Below are positions 9,352 to 17,018 of a stretch of DNA of 35,488 bases, one piece after another; within the stretch, counting starts at the first letter, position 1, and each line of letters starts with the position of its first letter. Below the pieces are notes generated by a model, which was given only the letters and a program-made list of their open reading frames with translations, did not search any database and was not told where the DNA came from. The position numbers and the translations under genes are program-made. The stretch covers positions 1-35,488 of the forward strand of contig JALTWL010000290.1 of NCBI GenBank assembly GCA_027047045.1. Direction: 5' to 3'. Origin of the DNA: Micavibrio sp. (GTDB lineage Bacteria > Pseudomonadota > Alphaproteobacteria > Micavibrionales > CSBR16-224).

Positions 9352-10627
9352 TTAATAACTCCTTGTAAAAACTATTCCATTTGTAATCACTATTACAGAC
9401 TCTTTGATGCCAAGAAATTGAAAAATAAGCGGTTTTTGGCGTTTCTTTAGCATTTTTAAATATATCCAAAGCTAAATCTTTTTTTTCATTATAATCAAAA
9501 ATATTTGAATCCATAATGACTTGAGGTATCTCGAAATAATTAAATGCTTTTTTGTCTTTAAAATTATATGGTCGATAAAGGCTGGCTATCCCACTTCTAA
9601 AACCAACCTGATTATTCCACCCTAAACTTGAATCGTATTCAAATAATTTACTGTGACTATATGGAGTAATATTTTCATTATAATTAAGCCAATGCTGTCT
9701 CGTTTTTGTAACCTTTGTTTTTAAGATGCTTTCTAAAATCTGTTTTTCTTTTTTCAGTTGCTCGTAATCTAAAGCGCTTTTATAACTACCATGCAAACCA
9801 ATCTCGAAACCTTTTTTTTGTAATTCTTGTAGTTTAACTCGTAGTTTTTTATTTGAAGCAACGTCATAACTTGGATCTATTAATAACTCTTTTAGAGTTT
9901 TTTTCCCATGCTTTACGTAGATATAAAAAGTGGATTTTTTTTTAAAACCTTTTTCCAAGTCAACCCAATAGTCAAAACACCAATAAGATGGATTTGAAAA
10001 TAAAAATTGCAGCATTCTTTTTGTATTATTTAGAAAGTTTTTATAATCTCTGAAAATATTAACTGAATTTAAGATTGTTTGCTTAAATCTTAATTGCCAG
10101 GTCTTATTTATATAATCCACATCATGCGATAAATCCACAACAGGCACTGCTCTATTTTTAAACTTAAGTGATTTAAAATTCTGCTTTATAAATCCTTCAA
10201 ATTCATTAAATAGAACATTTACAATTGGAATATAAAAACTTTCCCTATCATTTCTTATGTGCTTTATACTGTAGCTTGCCGTGTTTTTAAATTGTTCTTC
10301 ATACCTACTTAAAAATACAAACGCATTCCAGAAAACATCATATTTAAAATTAAAATTATTATTTTCTGTAGCTTTTAAAATATATAAATCTTCTTTTAAA
10401 TATTCAATATTCCCATCTGGCTTAGGCATTAAAGCATTGAAAATTGATACTTTGTCTATAGCTTTATTGGTATAATATATTTCATTTTCAAAAAAAGCTT
10501 GGCTATCAATAGATACTACTTTTATAGTAAACTTAGCCAAATTTATTCTTCTAAATTCTTCTAAAACATATTCTAGAAAGTTAGTCTCTTTTAAATCTGT
10601 TTTTATTACTAATAAATCACCCATCAA
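9341..10627 (-). CDS. Polysaccharide deacetylase-like (divergent NodB/CE4-like) protein
   Basis: 428 aa with DLSHDVDY and GLHGSY motifs, reminiscent of the metal-binding motifs of deacetylase-family proteins encoded next to AsnB-like amidotransferases. Confidence 0.5.
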   Translation of the reverse strand: MMGDLLVIKTDLKETNFLEYVLEEFRRINLAKFTIKVVSIDSQAFFENEIYYTNKAIDKVSIFNALMPKPDGNIEYLKEDLYILKATENNNFNFKYDVFWNAFVFLSRYEEQFKNTASYSIKHIRNDRESFYIPIVNVLFNEFEGFIKQNFKSLKFKNRAVPVVDLSHDVDYINKTWQLRFKQTILNSVNIFRDYKNFLNNTKRMLQFLFSNPSYWCFDYWVDLEKGFKKKSTFYIYVKHGKKTLKELLIDPSYDVASNKKLRVKLQELQKKGFEIGLHGSYKSALDYEQLKKEKQILESILKTKVTKTRQHWLNYNENITPYSHSKLFEYDSSLGWNNQVGFRSGIASLYRPYNFKDKKAFNYFEIPQVIMDSNIFDYNEKKDLALDIFKNAKETPKTAYFSISWHQRVCNSDYKWNSFYKELLNAI

Positions 10628-12488
10628 TAAAACTCCTGAACCAGACCTCTAAACTTAATATCCCCCATAAATCTCTATTAAATTTACCAGAATTCACCAA
10701 CATATTTTCTACTTCTTTAGGATTGTATATTCCTCTTTCTCTTGCTTTTTGAGAGAGCAGGGTATCATGTGCATAGTCTTTTAACTCATTAGATAGCCAC
10801 TTATTTATTGGGGTGGGGAAACCCATTTTATCTTTTCTATTAATAACCTCTTGAGGCAGAAAGTTTTTAATAGCTTCTATCAACATATACTTTGTTTTAC
10901 CACCTTCAAATTTCATTATAGGATTAATTTGAGATGCTAATTCCACCAATCTATAATCCAATATTGGCACTCTAGATTCTAATGAATGAGCCATACTAAC
11001 TCTGTCTTCTACATGTAAAAGAGCAGGAATTAGAGTTTTTAAATCGAAATACGTCATTTTATTGAAAAGAGATTTTATATTTGGATTATTAAAAATAGAT
11101 TGAAACTTGCTAAATAATTTATCTTGTTCGGATAATATATCAAGTTCATATAGTTTGTTTGCATTTAGGGATCTATTAACAAGCTTAAAATAGCTTTTAT
11201 CTATATCTTCAAATATCCCCGTGGAAAAATGGCTTTTCATCATCGGAACATAACCTTGCAATTGTGAAAGATTTGGAATAATTGATTGCAAGGTCACAAC
11301 ATATTCACTTTCTTCTTGAGTTTCAAAAATTGCACCTTTTAAAGCTTGCTCTAAATAAGCAACTAAATATCGCGTATATCCACCAAATATTTCATCACCG
11401 CCATGCCCACCTAAGACAACAGTTACATGTTCTTTAGCAAGTTTTGAGACCATATATTGAGAAAACACTCCAGAACCTGCCTCTGGATAATCCATGTGAT
11501 AAATTATATTTTCAAAATTATCAATAAAGTCGTTATGGGTAGGATATATAACATTGTGAATACTATTAATATTTTTACTAACCAAATCAGAATAAAACGT
11601 CTCATCATATTCTGGGCCATCTTTAAAAGCGCCGCTAAAAGTATAAAGGCGACTGTCATAGTTTTTCGCTGCAAATGTTGCAACTATACTAGAATCTATA
11701 CCTCCACTTAAATAAGCCCCAACTTTAACATCAGAACGAGTTTGAATATTAACAGAATGGTCTAAAATATGCTGGATCTCTGATAAGAAATATTCTTCAC
11801 TATGGGTGTTATCTATATCATAATTCAATTCCCAATATTGTTGCTTTTTAACCACTCTCCCTTCTTTAACTATCATATAATTTGCAGGTTCAAGTGATGA
11901 AATATCTTTAAATAATGTGTTTTCTCCAAGCATTAATTGAAACGTTATATATTCATGTAAAGAGGGTTCATCTAATTTTGCTTGAATATTGGGATATTTT
12001 AAAATTGCCTTTACCTCTGAGGCAAAAACAAAACCATTTTCTACATTAGTATAATATAAGGGCTTAATTCCGAAATGATCTCTTGCTAAAAATAACTCCT
12101 GCTTTTTTTTATCATAAACGGCAAAGGCGAACATACCATTTAGCTTGGTTAAGCATTTTTCTTTATACTCAATATAAATATTAAGTAAGACTTCTGTATC
12201 AGAAAAGGTTTTAAATTTATATCCTTTAGCAATTAAATCCTGTCTTAATTCCAAATAGTTATATATCTCACCATTAAAAATCAAGACATATCTGTCATCA
12301 TTACTGGACATAGGTTGTTTGGCACCTTCAATATCAATAATTGCCAATCTTTTATGCCCTAAGGCAACTCTATCATCAATAAAACAACCCTCATCATCAG
12401 GCCCCCTATGATTAAGAGTGCTTAACTGTTCTTTTAAAATACTTTCTTTATTCTCTATTTTAGAATAAAATCCAACAATTCCACACAT
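10617..12488 (-). CDS. asnB: Asparagine synthase (glutamine-hydrolysing) family amidotransferase, AsnB-like
   Basis: MCGIVGFY N-terminal nucleophile Cys2, the GATase-II domain and the PP-loop SGGIDSS. 623 aa, the full two-domain length. Confidence 0.9.
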   Translation of the reverse strand: MCGIVGFYSKIENKESILKEQLSTLNHRGPDDEGCFIDDRVALGHKRLAIIDIEGAKQPMSSNDDRYVLIFNGEIYNYLELRQDLIAKGYKFKTFSDTEVLLNIYIEYKEKCLTKLNGMFAFAVYDKKKQELFLARDHFGIKPLYYTNVENGFVFASEVKAILKYPNIQAKLDEPSLHEYITFQLMLGENTLFKDISSLEPANYMIVKEGRVVKKQQYWELNYDIDNTHSEEYFLSEIQHILDHSVNIQTRSDVKVGAYLSGGIDSSIVATFAAKNYDSRLYTFSGAFKDGPEYDETFYSDLVSKNINSIHNVIYPTHNDFIDNFENIIYHMDYPEAGSGVFSQYMVSKLAKEHVTVVLGGHGGDEIFGGYTRYLVAYLEQALKGAIFETQEESEYVVTLQSIIPNLSQLQGYVPMMKSHFSTGIFEDIDKSYFKLVNRSLNANKLYELDILSEQDKLFSKFQSIFNNPNIKSLFNKMTYFDLKTLIPALLHVEDRVSMAHSLESRVPILDYRLVELASQINPIMKFEGGKTKYMLIEAIKNFLPQEVINRKDKMGFPTPINKWLSNELKDYAHDTLLSQKARERGIYNPKEVENMLVNSGKFNRDLWGILSLEVWFRSFIDG

Positions 12489-12498
12489 TTATCGCTAT

Positions 12499-13320
12499 TC
12501 AATCATGTAATTTTTTTACGTTTTTATAACCAGTTCTCCACCCGCCCCAAGGCCAATAATATAATAATACCAATGTCATATAGCCAAAAGTTGTAATAGA
12601 ACTAACCATTTTGGAGGCACTTCTTTTTTGATCATATCTCAAAACAAAAGGTGCTTCTCCAAATTTAGCCCCAATGATTTTTAATTTAACAACTTTTTCT
12701 AAAGTAACAGTAAAACCCAATCCCTTTAATTGAATAAAGTTATTTCCAAAAACTTCTATAACATGTTTAATAGCCTTTGCCTTATAAGCCCTAAAACCGC
12801 TAGAATATTCCTTTAATCCCTTTATAGGAAAAAAGAATTTCATAAATAGATTAGCCAATTTTGAAATTGTTGATCTATAACCATCTAAACCTTCTTGACC
12901 TCCACCTTCAACAAATCTTGACGCTATAACGACATCACAACCTTCTTCTATTCTTTCCAATAAGCTTGGGATAAATTGAGGTTCATGAGTATCATCACAA
13001 TCCATTCTTATAAAAATATCATCGTCATTGGATATTTTCGCAGCTTTTTCAAATAAATCCCTAGAAGTTTCTCCCAGCCCTCTATTTATCTCATGAGTTA
13101 TAATCGTCATTGGAAGTTTTTCAGAGTATTCCTTGAGCATTTTTGCTGTTTTATCTCGACTACCATCGTCACAAACTATTATGTGATAATCTAATTTCAT
13201 ATCTTCTTTAAACGCTTTGTCAATTTTTGGCAAAAGATAGTCTAAAGATTCTTCTTCATTATAAGCCGGTAGTAAAATATATATCACTAGATGTTTCCTA
13301 ATATTTTTTAATATAGTCAA
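12499..13320 (-). CDS. Family 2 glycosyltransferase (polyprenyl-phosphate sugar transferase-like)
   Basis: YILLPAYNEEESL, CDDGSRDKT and MDCDDTH (DXD) motifs. The start may be the TTG at 13320 or a downstream GTG. Confidence 0.9.
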   Translation of the reverse strand: MTILKNIRKHLVIYILLPAYNEEESLDYLLPKIDKAFKEDMKLDYHIIVCDDGSRDKTAKMLKEYSEKLPMTIITHEINRGLGETSRDLFEKAAKISNDDDIFIRMDCDDTHEPQFIPSLLERIEEGCDVVIASRFVEGGGQEGLDGYRSTISKLANLFMKFFFPIKGLKEYSSGFRAYKAKAIKHVIEVFGNNFIQLKGLGFTVTLEKVVKLKIIGAKFGEAPFVLRYDQKRSASKMVSSITTFGYMTLVLLYYWPWGGWRTGYKNVKKLHD

Positions 13321-13323
13321 ATT

Positions 13324-13395
13324 TTTAACAGCATAATATATGTTATAATATAAGTTCTAGTATTACTATAAAATAACATATATTATGCTGTTAAA
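13324..13395. repeat. Perfect 23-bp inverted repeat (TTTAACAGCATAATATATGTTAT / ATAACATATATTATGCTGTTAAA) with a 26-nt spacer
   Basis: Arms at 13324-13346 and 13373-13395 are exact reverse complements. The repeat lies in the ~85-bp gap between the GT2 start and the truncated GT4 gene. Confidence 0.9.
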
Positions 13396-13413
13396 CATAA
13401 CCGACATGGCTGA

Positions 13414-14358
13414 TATGAACAACAAAAAAAAACTATATTTGAAAAAATAACAACAATCATCAGATATGCTTTTTATGTTATCAAAGATTCATCAAAATTT
13501 TCGGTTATTCATTGCCATGATTTAGACACTCTACCGATAGGAACCGCAATAAAGTTAATAAACTTTAATAAAAAAAAGCTCATTTATGATGCACATGAAT
13601 ATGAAACGGAACGAAATCATATTAACGGATTTTTAAAAAGTTTATATAAAATTACTGAACGTATATTTATTGGCTTTGCCGATAATATAATTACGGTGAG
13701 TGACGGCATTGCAGATGAATATGTTCGGATTTATGGAGTAAAGAAACCTAACCTAGTTATGAATTGTCCACCTTATATTGATAAAGTTAATAGTAAAGAT
13801 ATTTTTCGTAAAAACTTTAATATAGATAAAAAACAAAACATTTTTCTATATCAAGGTGGATTATTCAATCATAGAGGCATAGAAACAATATTAGAAAGTT
13901 TCCAACAAACCCAAGATAAAATAGTTGTATTTATGGGGAATGGACCACTGGAAGGTATAATAAAACAAGCCGCCGATAAACATGATAATATTTTTTATCA
14001 TAAAGCAGTATCACCCGATGTTTTGTTAGATTATACAGCATCAGCTGATATTGGGATTTTCACATGCCCAAATAGCTGCTTAAGTCATTATTATTGTTTA
14101 TCAAATAAATTATTTGAATATACAATGGCTGAATTACCCGTAATTGTGTCAGATTTGCATGAAATGAAAAGAATAATTGATAAATATCAAAGTGGCTTAG
14201 TAATAAAAAACAATACTAAAGCTCTTACTGAAGTGATAAATAATATAACAGCAACAGATATTAAAAATTATAAAAAGAATATCAAAGCAATGAAGAAAAT
14301 ATATTGCTGGGAGCAACAAGAAAAATCATTATTAAGCCTTTATAATCACAATAACTGA
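13414..14358 (+). pseudogene. Family 4 glycosyltransferase lacking its N-terminal ~60-70 codons and a canonical in-frame start (the ORF track calls only 13696-14358)
   Basis: The frame is open from 13414 and encodes ...FSVIHCHDLDTLPIGTAIKLI..LIYDAHEYETERNH...ITVSDGIADEY...NCP, followed by the C-terminal GT-B domain. There is no ATG, GTG or TTG in frame before 13696. An out-of-frame ATG at 13406 precedes an A9 tract. Confidence 0.55.
13424..13432 (+). repeat. Homopolymeric A9 tract separating the ATG at 13406 from the GT4 reading frame
   Basis: Counted directly. Adding one A (A10) would fuse MADMNNKKK to TIFEKITTIIRY... in the GT4 frame. Confidence 0.8.
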
Positions 14359-15401
14359 GCAATTATTCTTTCTGCTGAATTCCCCGCACCATATATATTT
14401 TCTTTAAAATAATTTACGCTAGATAGTTTTTTAACGGCAGAGAGAATTTTAGTCTTATTTGCCCCAGTTAAAATTCCTATACCATTTTCAATCAGCTCTA
14501 ACCATTCTGTTTCATCTCGCATAATTATAACTGGCTTTTTAAAATAATAAGCCTCTTTTTGTAATCCGCCAGAATCGGTTAAAACCGTTTTTGTATTTTG
14601 CAATAAATATAGCATATCAAAATATCCAACAGGCTCAATTATATGTAAGTTTTCTATATTGATTTTGTATTCTTCCAGATATTTTTTTGTTCTCGGGTGT
14701 AGAGGTAAAACTACTGGATTGTTTTTGGCTATTTCATCTAAGCTAGCAAAAATTTCAGTTAAATTTTGTTCATTATCAGTATTTTCTTGTCGATGGCACG
14801 TGGCTAAATAAAAATCTTTTGGTATATTCTTGGTTATTTCAGATGATTTAATTTTAGCCTTATAATATAATACAGCGTCATACATAACATCACCAACAAC
14901 ATATATATTATCTTTTACACCCTCTTTTTTTAGATTCTCTGCTGACAAATCAGTGGGACAGAATAAATATTTAGACACATGATCTGTAATAATTCTATTT
15001 ATTTCTTCTGGCATGTTTTTGTTGTAAGAACGCATTCCAGCTTCAATATGAGCGATCGGAATTAACAATTTTACGGCCGATAATGCTGCGGCAAGTGTCG
15101 AATTTGTATCACCATAAACTAAGATAATATCAGGTTTTTCATCTATCATAATTTCTTCTAGCTTTATTAGCATTTCTCCTGTCATTGCACCGTGAGATTT
15201 ACCATTAATGGCTAGATTATAATCTGGTTCTGGGATATCCATTTCATCAAAGAAAATTTGTGACATATTATTTTCGTAATGTTGCCCTGTGTGAATAATT
15301 ATCTCTGTTATAACATTAGAATATTTTTCTTTTATTACTCTAGAAATGGTCGCAGCTTTGATAAATTGTGGCCTTGCACCGATAATTGTTAGTATTTTCA
15401 T
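14346..15401 (-). CDS. wecB: UDP-N-acetylglucosamine 2-epimerase (non-hydrolysing)
   Basis: MKILTIIGARPQFIKAA, HTGQHY, YGDTNSTLA, HIEAGMRS and DSGGLQKEA motifs. 351 aa. Confidence 0.92.
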   Translation of the reverse strand: MKILTIIGARPQFIKAATISRVIKEKYSNVITEIIIHTGQHYENNMSQIFFDEMDIPEPDYNLAINGKSHGAMTGEMLIKLEEIMIDEKPDIILVYGDTNSTLAAALSAVKLLIPIAHIEAGMRSYNKNMPEEINRIITDHVSKYLFCPTDLSAENLKKEGVKDNIYVVGDVMYDAVLYYKAKIKSSEITKNIPKDFYLATCHRQENTDNEQNLTEIFASLDEIAKNNPVVLPLHPRTKKYLEEYKINIENLHIIEPVGYFDMLYLLQNTKTVLTDSGGLQKEAYYFKKPVIIMRDETEWLELIENGIGILTGANKTKILSAVKKLSSVNYFKENIYGAGNSAERIIAQLL

Positions 15402-15563
15402 CTAGTAATCCTTTTAGTAAGTATTTTAGCATTGTTTTTATTACTATATAGTACAAACCATTACTAACTAATAACAACAAATATATTTACTATTGAATAA
15501 AAAACTTCTATTTATAACAGTTAAAGAAATCAATAAAAGTATAATGATACTGAAAGGATAACC

Positions 15564-15689
15564 ATGGTTATAAAAGTAGAAATATTGAATAATGATGACG
15601 AGATATCACAACAATATGATAAAATAGAGATAACTAATATAATCAATACACTACAAAATGATCTAATAATAGGTAAAGTATTAAAGTAA
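15564..15689 (+). CDS. 41-codon ORF with a good RBS, in the same frame as ORF 15819-16124 (possibly the N-terminal piece of an interrupted gene)
   Basis: AAGGA lies 6 nt upstream of the ATG at 15564. TAA at 15687-15689. The frame stays open from 15690 to 16124. Confidence 0.3.
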   Translation: MVIKVEILNNDDEISQQYDKIEITNIINTLQNDLIIGKVLK

Positions 15690-15818
15690 CTAGAAAACAA
15701 CCCCTGTAATCTTAGTGATAAAACGGCGGCACATAAAATTATAATAGATAATCATCTAACTGAAAAAACAATCGTTAATGGGAAACTAACAACAATAGAA
15801 ACACCCTTACAAATAAAA

Positions 15819-16124
15819 ATGACTACAATATATGATATAGAAAATAATATAACAGTTCGAGGGATTATAATAATAAACCCCCACCTTCTATTAAAAACAG
15901 AGTACTGTATAGAACAAATAAATAAAGAAACTGGTGAAATAGATATAGAGAAAAGAAAATATACAATGAAAGAGGCTCTTCTATATGCTATGCTGTTGAT
16001 AGTACGAAAACAAAGCTATATAAAATCTGGTTTTATATCTGACAGCGATATAAAAAATCATGATATACACCAACAACTTATGGCATATGTTCAGCAAAAT
16101 CTGGAAAGATTAGAAAGTGCGTAA
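15819..16124 (+). CDS. Hypothetical protein (101 aa from the first ATG)
   Basis: ORF in the track with no recognisable motifs. It is in frame with the upstream 41-codon ORF. Confidence 0.4.
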   Translation: MTTIYDIENNITVRGIIIINPHLLLKTEYCIEQINKETGEIDIEKRKYTMKEALLYAMLLIVRKQSYIKSGFISDSDIKNHDIHQQLMAYVQQNLERLESA

Positions 16125-16555
16125 GCAACACATCACATAATAATCCTATATACATAAAAACCCCAATATCTTAAATTAAGGACGTTTTTACTATACTGGT
16201 TTCAAATGAACCATAATTTGCACAAGATTGATCGATGGTAGTTCAGAAGGCAGAGCAAAGTCTCCTTTTGATCTTAATGAAATTATCATGATTTTTAGGA
16301 GCACGAAGGCTCTTAAAATTGAATTACGAATGATGGACTTGTGTATGAATAATACACTGCACGTCCTCGTATATATTTCACTTGCGTACTCGCAAAGTCT
16401 CATCCTTTGTGTAATATAACTCGATGTAATTTCCGTTTAAAATACGTTGTATTTTTGAATGTAAATTGCGATTAAACGGCAATGTGTTTATCTCCATGAC
16501 ATGGCCTTAAAGAGGGATACAACGGGAGAATGCGGGCAGCAATTTTCTCCCTTGT

Positions 16556-16620
16556 CAAGATTGTATTGTATTGTTCTTTGTTAACATTTTGTTAAACTTT
16601 GTACTACAATACACATCTTG
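16556..16620. repeat. Long imperfect hairpin (15 bp, one bulge) enclosing a TTTGTTAA(A)C direct repeat
   Basis: caagattgtattgta (16556-16570) pairs with tacaataca-c-atcttg (16605-16620). The inner direct repeats are at 16577-16585 and 16588-16597. A 7-bp hairpin GGGAGAA/TTCTCCC sits at 16524-16551. Confidence 0.6.
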
Positions 16621-17018
16621 CGTTAAATAGGAATAGAACAAAAATATAGCGATTCGAATGGGTTTTGTTACTTTGTTAATTCAAAATATTAGGCTCGCTT
16701 AAAATTATTTTGAATTTTTTTCAGCAATAATGTCCGCCCTAATTTTCTTATCCTATTGTATTTCTTCACGCCGCAATCAATTCCAAAAACATTTATATAT
16801 TTTTTATTTTTCTATTAACTACGCAAAAAATATTTACAATACTTAAAGCTCCACAACAATACATCTACCTAGTCATTTATATAACACTATATGCTGAGGA
16901 GTAGCGTATTTAAATGTACAATCTAAATAATTTTAAGAATGGCTATAACACAAAACTAAAGATAGGTACCATACAACACTAATGTAGGATACTAATACCA
17001 AAAAATAGAAATACACAG

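Noticed and set aside
9936-9944. T9 (A9 on the coding strand) tract inside the deacetylase-like gene, and other A/T homopolymers within genes
   Set aside because: These tracts are in frame (encoding Lys runs) in intact ORFs and are expected at this AT content. Unlike the 13424-13432 tract, they do not separate a start codon from its frame.
16240-16262. GTTCAGAAGGCAGAGCA, loosely resembling the SRP (4.5S) RNA domain IV motif
   Set aside because: The GGAA tetraloop and the symmetric-loop consensus are not reproduced, and no complementary helix flanks it.
16191-16419. Two overlapping ORFs on opposite strands (70 aa and 63 aa)
   Set aside because: They are mutually exclusive, have no Shine-Dalgarno sequence and no recognisable motifs. 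More likely this is non-coding DNA or part of a structured RNA region.
16645-16670. TTCGAAT T-loop-like heptamer (16653-16659) that could indicate a tRNA or an integration site
   Set aside because: The flanking bases do not form a T-stem, and no acceptor or anticodon arms can be drawn. I found no cloverleaf anywhere in the window.
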